Of a stretch of 64,000 nt of DNA, positions 25,711 to 38,836 are shown in pieces. Below the pieces are notes generated by a model, which had not been told where the DNA came from, ran no database searches, and saw nothing but the letters and a program-made list of their open reading frames with translations. How positions within the stretch are numbered: the stretch's first letter is position 1; each line of letters begins with the position of its first letter. Source of the DNA: Psammoneis japonica (Eukaryota). Location of the stretch: the NCBI GenBank assembly GCA_008632985.1, contig QPGO01000026.1, positions 434,001-498,000 on the forward strand. Reading direction: 5' to 3'. The translations under genes were made by a program, and so were the position numbers.

Positions 25711-26572
25711 TGGCACTTGTTGAATCTGTGTAACACTGTATGCTTTGTCGTGTTTTTGCACTTGCAAGATGTGTTTGTGAGAACGTCAAAATGATTGGGC
25801 AGAGTGCGTGATGTCCGTGTCATTGACACGCAAACGATTTACAGTGACGTCAGCTTCTACGTGAGAATCAGTATTGACTCTACGTGCGTTGCCTTCCGAA
25901 GAAATGCACGTCAGCAAATAATGACACGCACATCCAACAGAATTCAAACAGATGGCCACGGAGCCTGTCATTCAAAAGGATACGGACAAGCCTACAAGAG
26001 CAAATTGGTCGCGAATCACGACCCGTGGTCAGTCCCGTGAACGAAAACAAGAGGAGGCCGCAAAGTGACGAACATGCCATGACCATGACACGCAAATAGA
26101 CCGACAGATTGAAGATAGATACTTACTGTGCAGAGGATAGAGCTTGGCTGCTATCATATGCTTTGATTGTTGAGCTAACACTCCTTTTGAAGCTGTGATG
26201 CAATGGCGGGCATAGGGATGTAAAGTTCCGACCGCAAAACGAACTAATCATGTGTTTGTGTGTGTATCACATGATGTGCATGGAGCTCTTTCAATTTTTC
26301 GCCCGTACGACGTGTCCGTTAAGTCGTACCTCAAGGCTCAAAATTTCATCCATGGGTATCGCTTTCTATTTGAAAATTTGAACCATGGGTATAGGACAAG
26401 ATAACATGTGTGAGTCATTTGTTTTCAAGTGAAATGTGTGAAACTCTACGACACAAGTACCGTGCGGTACTTGATGACTTGCAAAAGTTTCAAAAAATGG
26501 ATTCTCGTTTTTTGGAATGCTCACAATTTGCAGTTTTGTTGTTGCATCGAAGCGTCGCATAGTTGAAAAAAG

Positions 26573-27531
26573 ATGAAGTTCTCTGGTTCGATTGCAAAGA
26601 TTTTCGTTGGCTTGTTGTCGGCAGCCGTGCTCCTTGATCATCCTGCTTTCGCTCGTCCCGTCACGTTTTATGCCATGGGTGATGCTCCTTACTCCTTTAC
26701 GGAGCGCAAGGATTTGGAGGTACAGATTGCAAACATGGATAACAAGGTTGACTTTGCCATTCATTTGGGTGACATGCAGGATCGTACCCAACAGTGCAAG
26801 CGATCCAGCTACATTGACGTTGCCACCGCTCTCAATGCTTCAGAGATTCCCATGTTTATCGTTCCAGGTGCGTAGGCCTACCCTTTCACTTTCTTGTGCT
26901 ATTATGTATGTATTGTAACCAAATGTTATGTTTTTCAACTTGCTCATCTCGCTGTTTTCGATTCCAACCAAAAGGTGACAACGACTACTACGACTGCGAG
27001 AATTGGAGGAACGGTTACAGCCATTGGCTCGAATCGTTCGTCAAGTTTGACAATGGCTGGAAAAAGCCCTTTAACGTTCGTCGCCAGGCGGCCAGGCAGG
27101 AGAACTTTGCCTTTACCTTTCAGGACATTCTCTTTGTTGGAATCCATACGCTCGGCACGGGCAAAATCAAGAATGGACGGGAATGGAGGAGTTTGGAGAA
27201 TGCGAATTTACAGTGGACCCGAAACCAGTTCAACATGTTTGGTGACAAGGTCAAGGCGGTTGTCATTTTCAGCCACTCGTACACTCGCAAGACCATGTAC
27301 GAAAAGTATTGGACGGGACTTTCGGATCTGGCAGACCAATACGACTTTCCCTTTTTGTTTATTCAAGGGGATGCTCATCGTTGGGCGATGGATGCCCCGT
27401 TTCGTACCGACAAGATTATGCGTGTCATTGTGGAACGTGGTGGTAGGGAAGACCCGGTCTTGGTTACCGTTGACCCCAACTCTCCCAACAAACCTTTTTC
27501 GTTCAAACGCCGCGGTGTCTCTGGAATGTAG
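26573..27531 (+). CDS. Secreted calcineurin-like metallophosphoesterase; exons 26573-26867, 26975-27531
   Basis: Signal peptide, then MGDAPY, IHLGDM, PGDND (formed across the intron), FSHS and QGDAH metal-binding motifs. Confidence 0.88.
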
Positions 27532-28131
27532 GCTGCGCGCAGTAGTCTTTTCCTGTTGTCGGAAAAAGTTGTGACTAGTGATTAGAAGAAGTGTGAGAGT
27601 ATGGTAGTTCACTTGTGCTCTATAGTATTTTTGTAAACCTCAGAATATGGTCCTAGGTGTCATGTTGTAGCCGCCAAGAAGACTCTACTGTACAGCCAGA
27701 TAGATCTCCATACCGGTGGTGATTTCGAAAGCTTGCTGTCCTGTCGAGTTCTAGTACCTCTAGAACCTTATTTATCACATCTTCTGGTTGAAGTTCTACT
27801 CGCAAAGGTAGAGACACCGCATATTTTTACAGTGTAGAAGGTATTACAGATAGTATTTGTGATGCCTAGTCGACATGCAGAGAGTAAAATGGAGGCAATA
27901 AATTAAAGGACCGTTTTGCCCAAACAATTACTTCACAAAGAGGATAATAGCAACAAATCATACAGAGTGAAAACGATGCTTTTGTTGAGAATTGACTTCA
28001 TTTCCTCGTGTTATAGCTGTGCTACAGTGCTCTCCGTTGATTTGATGTTTTCGATTAACTTGTCACTACTAGAGTAAGAGTTAAGGCCTGAGCTATACCT
28101 GAAGGCTTTCATAGTTCTGAATCGGGGGCAA

Positions 28132-28740
28132 TCAGTAAAAAATCACATTTGCAATCCCCATTACAAAGAGGAACGAAAAACCAATTTCGTTCTTGATCAT
28201 AATGGACGCCGCACCACTTGATGGAAGATCAAAGAGCGGATGACCATTTGGATTGGAACCATCATCCGTAGGAGTAGGGCCACCACGAGTCGTTACAGTA
28301 GTAGTACCATCCGTTTGGATGCACTCTGCATCGCAAGTTATTCCAACACATCCATTTTCCTGATAGACGCCGGTACAGTCAATGGATGCAGACGAATTGC
28401 TGCAATAATTACAGCTAGCGCACTGCCTTCCATCAACCTCAATCATGCAGGAGCACAACGTCAGGTCGCTATCGTAGTTTGTAGGGCACATGGCCGTCAC
28501 GGTACACTGCTGGCCGTTGGTGAGAGTAAAGTCACTCTGACACTTAAAAGTACCATCCACCACTTCACATTCACGAAGGTCGCGTCCGTGGGCGGTCATG
28601 AGAATCACATCTTGGAGGAAACCAGGGGTAACGCGGTCATCTTGAAGACTTGGAGTGGAAAATAGCATGCCGCCCACGTCAGCGCTAGTCGTAAAAGGCA
28701 ACAGAAAAAGAAAACAAAGGGCGTTCTTGAATGAATGCAT
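28132..28740 (-). CDS. Small Cys-rich secreted or surface protein, possibly GPI-anchored
   Basis: 202-aa ORF with a signal peptide, Cys-rich core, Thr-rich linker, and SSGA followed by a hydrophobic C-terminus. Normal Tyr/TA content. Confidence 0.75.
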   Translation of the reverse strand: MHSFKNALCFLFLLPFTTSADVGGMLFSTPSLQDDRVTPGFLQDVILMTAHGRDLRECEVVDGTFKCQSDFTLTNGQQCTVTAMCPTNYDSDLTLCSCMIEVDGRQCASCNYCSNSSASIDCTGVYQENGCVGITCDAECIQTDGTTTVTTRGGPTPTDDGSNPNGHPLFDLPSSGAASIMIKNEIGFSFLFVMGIANVIFY

Positions 28741-29600
28741 CTTGTAATACGGCGATGACGAAACGGTGATCTCTTGTGTGTTGAAAGTAGACCTAGCTTG
28801 CTCCTTTTTGTGACACGATGTGTCGAGGTTTTGGTTGGGAAAAAGAGTTGGAGTCGCATGTATCGTACAGTGCCGTCTCCCATTCTTCTCTTGAATATCG
28901 ATCCCGCCGGATCAAAATGTGACCCTAAAAATTCAGTCGTGCATGACAAGTAGAATTCTACGGAGAATTTGGATGGAGTTTCCTTGACGACTCACCACCT
29001 GAGGAGTAGTAGCACTTGAGTCACCTGACCCTGGCACACTCGAGCTACCAACGTACTAAAATTCAGTGTATCCATAGCATCTGTCTTCCTTTTTCGTCTT
29101 TACGGTCCCCATGATAGCGACGAGGTATCGCGACTTCACGTGACGCAAACTTTCGACTTTCGACAAGGCCAAGAAAAGCACAAAGAGCTAAACCGCTTCC
29201 TAAATCATAATAGAAGAAATAAATTGCGTTGCAGTATCACTTAGTCCTGCTTTAGATTTCTTTTTTCGCTTATGCCTAATAGAACAGTGTAACCCACAAG
29301 TGTGTTCGAGAGCAAGCATTTCATATTATCTTGTGCGTGCAAAAGTGTTGATTCAAAAATTGATAGGATAATATGAACCCAAGCAGGAAATTCTTCCCCG
29401 TTTGCTGACTTGTTTGTGTCCCTGCTCGTACGAGTGAGTCTTGTCAATGTGTGTCTCGCTATTGGAGAGTTAGATTCTTGGTGTGCAGCTAAACTGCATG
29501 AATTTTTGGCGTAATCAGAATAAACCAATCAATCTAACTGCTTCGGAGATACGCAAGGCAATCTTCATTGCTCGTCGTTCTCTCCCTTTCGATAGCATTC

Positions 29601-31594
29601 TCAGTTCTCGCTTGAAGCGGCTGCCCGAACACTGTTGAGAAACCCAACCAGGGCTTCCGCGTCTTCTGCGCCAGTTGCTGGCTCGGCGGAAGATCGGCGA
29701 GGGCGCTTGTCTAGCGGCTGTTGTACCCCGTGATGCAGATCAGAAGCACCAGTTTCCGCAGTGCTTGCCATGGCTGACATTGACTCAGAAGCAACAGCCG
29801 AGGGAATAATACCTTGGGATATTCCGTCGTTGGGATGGAGCAAATTCGGTAGACCAGCAGTCGTCTGCTGGATGATTGGACCTTCGTGAATGAGACGTCT
29901 TACTTCTTTCATCTGGTCCTCAATATCTGGGTTAACCTGGGTATGAGACGGTGCTGAGGGAGGATTCAGCGAGGTACCATCGCCGGAAGACAGCACCGCG
30001 GTGGCTCGATCCAACCAAGAGGCGGTCCTTGCCACATTCTGCTTCATAACACTCCCCGAATTGGTAGAGAAAGAGGTAGTGGAGCCAGCCAAGGTGGCTG
30101 GTGTTCCTGGTTGTGATATTGGCACCTGAACGTTAGAGGCTCGACCAGATGATGCCGCAGCAGCAGCGGCTGACGCCGCAGCTTTTTTGGCCGATTCTCG
30201 TTGTTGCATCTCGAGTCTTCGCCTCCATCTTTGTTCAAGAGCATCGAGCTCAGCCTGTTTGTACAAAGAAGAAGTGCGAATAAGATAAGAGAAGAACGGT
30301 GCAATCTAGTAGAGGCTGGTGACAGCTTGTTGAACAGAGGATACTGACCTGCGCCTTGTCGATAGCTGCAGCATTGCCCGCGCATCGGACAGCCGGATGA
30401 AACACCCGCTTGCCAATACAAGCCGCGCCGGTAAACTTCTTTGTGATCCTCATTGGATCGCAGTGCAACTTTTCAGACAGATAACTCCGCAAAGTAGTAC
30501 CGGCAGGTGCGTTCAAATAGCCAGAATTGAAATCTTGAATGACACGGGCAACGTAGGCTTCTTCCTCCACGGTCCATTTCCCTCTCCTCAAGGGTGCCGA
30601 GGCTTTTTGCTGCAGAGGAGGAGGAGGCTGGGGCGGTTGCACCAAGGACGAAACACTAGGGGAAGTAATGAAGCCATGCGGTACTAAACCCTCTTGGTGA
30701 GGGTTGGTTCGTGCCAACATGGTTGGAATCCCGGAAGATCGAGACGGTGGTTTCTTCTGCGAAAGAGAAAAGGACAAAAGCTCTGATTAGCAGGTATGCG
30801 ACAAACAAAAAGAATCTAGCAGTAGCCCACAAACAACTTACGGTGGAATTATTTGAAGATTCAGTCCAAAGCGTTCCATCATTCGCCGCGCTGCTGCCTA
30901 CAGGTGGCGCAGCTGGTCCCCCCGGAGTCGGTACAGCTGGACTTATTGCTTGACCTACTTCTGGCAACGGTATACTTGAGACGACAGTGTTACCAGAGTA
31001 CGGTACCGGCTCAGAAGCAGGTAGAGTTTTCTTTGGCGACTCTTGAGTTTTGCATCCGGCGGGTGGTTCCACGTTGGTCCCAGGCTTTGCGGTCGCTCCT
31101 GAAGGAACCGCGGTGGGTACAACCACAGGTGCAGCACTTTCCTCTGGTAGTGTCTCTAGTTTCTTTACAGTTTCAACATTCCCACTAGGACCCTCGTCGG
31201 AACACAGAGACGAGCTCGATGACGAGGAGGTAAATGTGAGATTGGAGCCTTTCACAGCGTGCGCCAGCTGCTCCCCTCCCGAGGAGGATTCCCTCCCACT
31301 GCTACACATGCTACTCGTGCGGGCATGGCCATTCAGAGAATCCAAGGAAGATGATGGTGAGTTTGGGGTCCGCTGCTCTCTTATACCATGGCTTTGATCT
31401 TGATGTTTCTGAGTCGAGGCAGCTACTTCCGATCCGTTTGATACACCCGTCAGGGGCAACGCAGCTGTTCCTCGAGTAGCATCTGCGTGAGTCACGGAAG
31501 CTCCCCCATCACTACTATTTGCCACCGACGATGAGAGTGATCCGTCCTCGTTCCCAGAACGTGCCATCATCTCAATTGACCTCTGATGTGACAT
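29601..31594 (-). CDS. Myb/SANT-like domain protein (stramenopile type); exons ~31594-30842, 30756-30349, 30254-29601
   Basis: Conserved block LRRGKWTVEEEAYVARVIQDFNSGYL...TLRSYLSEKLHCDPMRITKKFTG inside low-complexity S/P/A-rich sequence, with two GT-AG introns in phase. The start could be 31570. Confidence 0.82.
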
Positions 31595-32530
31595 AGAAAA
31601 AGAGTAACATGTGAGTTTTCCACGTTGCAATCCGGTTCCCGCGTTTACAATGACGAAAAATTTTGCTCATGAGAAATCTTAACTCACACAATCGCCAGCA
31701 ACTGCTACGGTCTACTCTCAACTGCGACAACACCAACAAGAGGAAGCTTGCCACAACAGAGACAGCAGATGGTCAACAAGATGACACAGTCCTGCTCTCA
31801 TGCGTTCGAAAGGTGCCCCCGTTGAGCAAACAAGTCGCACAACAACAGAATCGAAATGATGTTGTGACTTCAACATCACGGCTACGGCGATTCTGCGTAG
31901 AATTTGTACGGTAATCTCCTTCCCGCAACTTCAACTTTGAAATCCGCGCGTATCACTGATCGATGCACCTCCGACGACGGCCAAACCACCCTCTATCAAC
32001 AGCTGGCAATGACGTCTTGTATCCAATTGATAATTTCCACGTGGAATAAAAAGACACACTACGCACAACAGACAGGCGTTCTATCTTCAACATCAAGTCA
32101 CCCGGACATTCGTGGCACGACTTACCCCACACGCACGTTTCGCGAGTCACACGTGACAAAAGCCGATGCAAACACGCAACAAGACACGAACTCTAGTAGC
32201 CCTAGAGTAACTAGAGTTCAACTCTTCACGCCAAAGGAAGGATTGTAATGGGAACATCTAGACGTAGTTACGCGAAAACGTGGGCTAGCTATTTCTTGGA
32301 TTCGACTCACGTTTGCCAATGTGCCATCGGTAATGTAGACTCCACTCTTTGAAAAAAGTAATAGAGGGCATAGTTTGTTAGAATAATGACGAAGCAACTG
32401 CTTCTCGGCTGTGTCTTTTCAAAAGCTGATAATATGATAGATTCAGTTGAGAGGTCTAAAGTCTAATGTGAGCTTACCACCACTCCACTCCACTTAACAT
32501 AGAGATGCTTCAGCTACATTCACAAACAAA

Positions 32531-34452
32531 CTAACCCCAACCAGAAACCGAAAATTTTGGTAGACGATGCATCATTTCCGCCTTGACAACCATGGGTAGG
32601 GCCTGTCGCTGTACGCTCATGTCTGGATAAAGCGCTGATGCGATTCCTTCCATAATTTCAACCGCAAGAGCCGCATTGATAAAACTCGCCTCTAGCTTGA
32701 CCTTGTGTTTGCACGCTAGATAACAAATATCGGCAATGTAGTCTCCCACCTTTTCCAAAAAGTTCTAAACGCATTCCCAGACCAAGAGTAAAATGAGAAA
32801 AGTGGGAATATCCAAGACACGCAACCACCAAGTAGACAATGACTTACATTTTCTTCATCCATTCTACAGATATTCTCCATTCCAGCCACAAAGAGTTCCA
32901 CATCTAGAGGAGACGCTTGACACTTGCTGGCTGTATCCACCATCAGTTGTCCCGCCAACCTTCCATCTCGGCGCGTCAATGCACCCAAGACTTTTACTAG
33001 ATTAATGTGTTGTTCCGGTCCCATCTCAATCACCAAACCACAATCGAGCAAACCCAACGCGAGTTTGCCTCCTTGCCTTTCGATAATCAACACATTGCCG
33101 GGATGCAAATCACCGTGCACAAAGTCATTGAGAAAAATCATTTTCAACACAGTCTCCACTCCCAACCTCGCCACTTCTTGTCGTTGCGCTGGTGGCGCTG
33201 ACGTGTATTCCATGATTGGCTTTCCATGCATAAAGGTCTCCACCAAGACGTGGGGCGTCGTCAAGTCGTGAAGCGCATGAGGAAAGCAAACGCTATCGTC
33301 CGAACCAAAATCCGTATTGAACCGTTTCAAATGAGCCGCCTCCAGTCGTAAATCCAATTGTGGCAACATGACATTGAGAAATTGATGGACCGTGTCTTGA
33401 ATCGAGAGATAGTCGAGATTCAATCGGGGCAAGGATTCCAAGAACTTTGCAACTTTACCCAAAATGTAAAAATCAACGCACACCTTTTTCCAAATGCCGG
33501 GATGTTGTACCTTGATGGCCAGTTCTGTGCCCTTGGGATGGACGCTCGTATCCTGGAGCAGTTGCGCGTGATAGACTTGAGCAATGCATCCCGAACCAAT
33601 GGGAGTCTTATCGCGAACTTGAACAATCTTTTTTTCATAGTCTTGTCCCAGTGCCTCTTGAAGCATTTTGTCCGTGTCCTTCCAAGCGTGTCCACGAGTC
33701 TCGTCGCGTAGCTGTAACGTAAAAAAAGAAATAGAGATCCAGCAGGGTAAGATTTCACCAGCGGAATACCTTCACTTCTTGCGTTACTTTCTCTCTAGAG
33801 AACTTACCTTTCCAAAATGACTACAAAATTCTGGTGAAAACAAGTCTTGTCGCGTCGTTGCCCATTGCACAAGCTTGATTAGCGTTGGACCCGACTTTTC
33901 AATCGCCCATAGGGCATAATTCCAAGACGCATCATGAGCGGTTTGCGATACAAACGAAAACGGATACAACACAGCCAGAGGTGACGCCAAGGCTGTCAAG
34001 GCCACAACTCGGCGCGTACTCATCCACAGTCGTTGTAACCGCGTGTCACCCAGGGTTTCTTGTAACTCGTCGGTCCAATCGCGCTTTTCAAAATTCTTCC
34101 AAGCATCGGGTTGTGCTAGAAACGTATCGGATTGTTTTTCCAAACCAGCAACTGCGGCATTTCGTGTCGCCAAGGCTGCCGCCGATGCGGCTGCTAATTC
34201 CAATACACGACGAGCATACAAGTAGCTCGAGGCACTTCGATAACGCTGTAATGCGGATTCTTTAAATGGCGATGAAGTAGTAGAAAAGAGTCTGTTGCCA
34301 TAGATACCGTGATAATGTACAGACTTTTTTCCAAGTGGAACAAACACTGAAACCGGTGGAGTTTTAGATGCTAATTTCGACACGTTATGCGTCACTTTAG
34401 AAGTCAAACCACTTGAGGTGCTTAGACGTTGTGATAGATATGCCGACCACAT
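32531..34452 (-). CDS. ABC1/UbiB (aarF, ADCK2-like) atypical kinase, likely mitochondrial; exons 34452-33808, 33711-32848, 32764-32531
   Basis: GPTLIKLVQWATTRQDLF, PIGSGCIAQVY, AIKVQHP, VHGDLHPGN and LDCGL motifs; introns in phase. Confidence 0.92.
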
Positions 34453-34868
34453 GATTTTGATTGCGTTATGAGGCAACCGCCGTCTGTGTCATCGTCGTCG
34501 TTTGTGCTTTTCCTGCGAGTTCTCTCGCTCCGCGTGCTCATTCGCAAGACAGACGGACAGACAGACAACGAGATTAACGGTCGGTCGCGGTCGGTCGGTG
34601 CGCGGTGCCGCGCTGCCGGTTATCGTAAACAGCCTCGTCGCTCGATGACTCCAGCTTGTTCAAGCAATATCTCGACTTGAGCCGATGCTTCCACACAGTC
34701 TTTCCCACCGCTGTTGACAGGGAGTGCATTGTGAAACAGCTGTGTGCATTCACCTCAAGCATTTTGTCTGGAGACGGCATCTTTGCGCTTTCATCGGATG
34801 GTGTGCTCCTGCTGTTCTTGTGATCCTTGCATCCTGCACACTCGCACCAAACAAAGGAGCATGTTTTA

Positions 34869-35449
34869 CACCTAAATCCTGTTCAAATCCTGTCACTCCC
34901 CAGTTTGCTTGAGGAGTCACAGAAACAGATTCGACTTCGGATGGAACGAAGTTCCAGAACATGAGGGGGCGGAGAAGGTCCCAGATTTGGGAGCAACCCC
35001 AATGCTTGCTGAGAATGTCAGCAGGGTTGCGGGAGCCTTCGATGAAGTGGAGCTCAAGGCAACCAGAGGCAATTGCCTCACACACACGGTGGAACGATGG
35101 TGCGGTGTGTCGTTTGTGCAACTTGGAGTGCGGGATGGTGGCACTGTCTACAACCGACTTGTTGTCACCGAACATGTAACTGACATTACGGATCGGGACG
35201 CCAAGGCAGCGCAGGGTGATGCGCAGGTCGACAATCTGCTCAACACAAGTCCTTGCGGCAACAAATTCAGACCCGCAGGTTGCAGTCTCCACGGTGGCTT
35301 GCTTCTCAGAGAACCAATCAGCCGGGAATTTGTTGAGGAAGTGGAGCATTCCCATGACAGAGCGTCCGGTGAGCATGCAATGGTGCAAGTTTGCATTGAC
35401 GCAGTGGGTGGTGGTGACACACTTGCCAAGGGGCGGTGGAGCGTCCTTC
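34869..35449 (-). mobile_element. Truncated copy of the same Copia family as 48100-54967 (RNase H end, PPT and first ~27 bp of the 3' LTR)
   Basis: Near-identical to ~54139-54718 (KDAPPPLGK...ADILSKHWG...ggggagTGACAGGATTTGAACAGG). Confidence 0.92.
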
Positions 35450-35997
35450 GGGTGGGGACCTTGCTGCAGAGGAGCTGCCCCTTGCCAGTCATCTTCACCT
35501 CCATGACTGACTGAGCAGCGATGTGAGGGTCTTTGTTCATCACCCTTGCTGCTGGCTCCTGCAAAGACACAGAGGATTGCTCTCTCAAAATGAAGGGCCA
35601 CCAGCAAATTGTGGCCAGGAACAGTGGCTCTTTTGGGAGTTCTCGAAGGTCCAGCCAACTCGTTTGCACAGAATCCACGCATCATGCGAACAAGGGATTG
35701 GTTTTTTGTTTTTTTCCCCGTGCATGTGCACAGTAAAAAGAAAAATGAAGCAGTTGTTGCGTTTTGTTGATGCTTCAAACAACGACGATTTCGAACAACA
35801 ATTGTTCAGAACATTCACGTGTCTGCGTGAACCAAAGATTTAAGAACAAAAACTCTTGTCAGCCAATCAGAATGCCCAGAATCATCAATCGTGGCGACTT
35901 GTTTTCTTTCTCACGAAAGACCGTAATGACTAAAACAAAGAAAAGCATTCTACACCTAAGAACAACAATTGTTTCACAGATCAGAAACCAGACTACG

Positions 35998-38267
35998 ATG
36001 CGTTTCAACGCCTTCCTTTTGCTGTCTATCACCGCTGCTGTGAGGGCTCAAGGTGCGCAACAGAGCTGGTCAGCAACAGTTGCCTCGTTGATTGATTCTT
36101 GACAACTCGTGGAAAGACATGTTGGCCACGCCCTTGTGATTTTCCTGAGGCTGCAAGTGCAACTTCTCAATCTTCTCATCTAACAACAGCTGTCCGATGC
36201 GCAGGCAACGGCCACCCCCAGATGCATTGCAAAGAGAGGGAGCAACGCGCGAGGTTCCCCGAATGTAACAAAGATGTGTCGATCGACGATGGCTCATTCG
36301 ACCCTGATGGCTTTCCCCTGAAGTCCCCAGTCCAAGAGCCTTCAGGACCCCACCTCCTGGGGACCACCTTGGTGACACTTGCCGTCACGGACAGAGAAGG
36401 CTTGACCAACACATGCAAAAAAGAGGTGACGATCACTCAACCGAGGAATGGCTTCTGCCCGACCGGCAAGCCACCTGTCATGATCTGCAAAAACAGGGAA
36501 GAAAGAGCTCAACTTCCAAACTGCACCAGGGATGTTTCGATCGATGACGGATCCCATGATCCCAAAGGGGGACAAGTCCGCCTACAACAGTGGCCTGAAG
36601 GGCCCTGCGGCATTGGAACCACGAACGTGACTCTTACGGCCACGGATGAAGATGGATCAACTGACACATGCAACGGAGCCGTGACGGTGCGATTTATCCC
36701 AGGCTGCCCCAACAAGCCTCCTGTTGCCAGATGCATCTTCAAAGTCAAGAATTCTAGGAACCACCCCGCCTGCAACGCATTTGCCTCCATTGACAACGGA
36801 TCGTTTGATCCCGAAGGTGACAGCATCACCAAAACCCAAGCGCATCGACCACCCTGCAAAGTCGGTCTTACCTTCGTGAACCTTGTTGTCACTGATGCCA
36901 GGGGTGCAACCGACACATGCAGGTCTGGCGTTTTTGTAAGAACGACAGATCCTCGATGCGTTCCTCCTTTTCCCATCGGAAACACGCCTCCTGTTTCTAG
37001 ATGCCAAAACAGGCTCATCAGGGCTCGGAATCCCCCTGCATGCCACGCGGTCACATCCACAGATGATGGGTCATTCGATCCTGACGGCGATCCCATCACC
37101 CTCGTTCAGATTCCTGCACCGCCACATGCCGCCGGAATGAGTTACCCGGTGACCCTCATTGCGACGGATTCGAACTTGAACAGCGCTGTGTCTGCGTGTA
37201 GAGTGACCGTAGTGGAGGGACAGGGCTGTCGCCCCCCTGTCGCCAGATGTCAAGACAGGTTTCGAACAGCGAAGAATCCACCAGCCTGCAACGCATTTGC
37301 GTCCATTAACTCCTTTTCCTTCAACCCTGACGGAGGACCTCTCACCAAAATTCAAAACCCTGCACCACGCTGCGGCATTGGCACTGCAGCGGCAGAACTT
37401 GCCGTCACTGATGCCAACGGTCACACTGACACATGCAATGCAGATGTGACAGTGAGAGGGGGATGAGGCTGCAAACCTCCTGTCTGCAAATGCAAAGACG
37501 TGACAGGCATCGCTGGTGACCCCCCGGACTGCAATTGTCCAGCATCAATTGATGACGGGTCCTTCGCCCGTGGAGGAGCTCCTCACACCACGACGCAGGT
37601 GCCTCCGAAACCATGCCCCATCGGCCCAAGCAAAATCGTGTCCTTGATTGTCACCAATTCTATTGATGGACAAACGGCCACGTGCTTGTGCAACGTGGAG
37701 GTTCTTCGGGGCGACAGGTGCACCGAAAACAGAACTCCCCATGCAATGTGCAAAGACGTGACCGTCACCGCGAACAACCCCCCAGAGTGTAATTCTCCAG
37801 CATCGATTGATGACGGGTCCTTTGACCCTGACGACGATCCGACAAGCTGCTCTCAGAACCCTCAAGAACCCTGCCCCATCGGTGAAACCCAAGTGACTCT
37901 TACCGTCACCGATGACAAGGGAGCAAACGATGCGTGTGCAGGAAAAGTGGTGGTTCTTCGAGGCGAGCAATGCATCAAAAACAATCCTCCCGTTGCAAAA
38001 TGTAAGAACGTGACAGTCGTTGCTGACAATCCTCCCTTTTGTCATTCTCCAGCATCGATTGACGGTGGGTCCTGTGACCCCGATGAGGGCGATCATCTTA
38101 GCCAGTCCCAAGACCCTGTTGGACCCTGTGGGATTGGTGACACGAGAGTGATTCTTGTCGTTGCAGATGACAAAGGGCACTCGGACTTGTGCTGCGCATG
38201 GGTCACTGTGGAAGAGGGGCTCGATTGTCATCACTGCATCGAGGAAGGCACCGAGCCGCCTGTGTGA
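35998..38267 (+). pseudogene. Hypermutated host gene: secreted protein with 8 tandem ~85-aa HYR/PKD-like Ig repeats; exons 35998-36052, 36190-38267; in-frame TGA at 37464-37466
   Basis: Signal peptide MRFNAFLLLSITAAVRAQ, then a GT-AG intron with a ctaac branch point. Repeats follow PPVxxC...SIDDGSFDPxGD...Px[C/H]xxG.T.V.L.VTD...C...V.V. ORFs 36099-37466 and 37500-38267 share one frame. About 1 Tyr in ~690 aa. Confidence 0.8.
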
Positions 38268-38786
38268 GAAGCAGAAGTGAAGGCAGAGAGATCGTGAGAG
38301 AGAGTGTGCGTGTGTGTGTGTAAGTCCATGTCTGCGGTCTGCACATTCAAACACATTGCATGACAGCACTCACACATTCTGCTGGGAAGAAGAACACACC
38401 TTCATGTGACTCCGAGGACTGGAAGGACGCAACAACCATTTTCAGGTGTGATGCACCCAACCAGAATTTGGCTGCATGACAAAAAGATTGCATTGAACTC
38501 AGCGTTGTTTTGAGATGACGGTTTGGAATGCCCATCACGTGGACGCAATGATGATTTCAAGTTGAGCCGTGGAACGGTGCTGGACAAATGTTTTGGAACT
38601 TACACAAAGCTTTGGCAAATGGCTGAACACGCGCGCGTTGCATTGGAAGAAGCCCTCGATGGATCGTTTGTCATCTTAAGACTTCAGTTGGCTTCTCGAA
38701 CTTCCAAGTCCTTCCCTTTTTGGCAGTCATTTGATGCAGGCAGTCAACCCTCTCCATCGGAGAGTAGACAGCGAACACAGCTGGAA

Positions 38787-38790
<4 letters not shown>

Positions 38791-38817
<27 letters not shown>

Positions 38818-38836
38818 AAGCAGAGAGAGAGAGAGA
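38791..38836. repeat. (GA)n microsatellite
   Basis: Interrupted GA run visible directly. Confidence 0.9.

Noticed and set aside
16947..27531. Phosphate-related gene cluster (SPX-MFS plus metallophosphoesterase)
   Set aside because: The two genes are separated by unrelated genes and a TE block, and there is no evidence of co-regulation.
34750..35778. 342-aa ORF as a gene
   Set aside because: It is a chimeric read-through of a Copia RNase H fragment and unrelated stop-depleted flanks.
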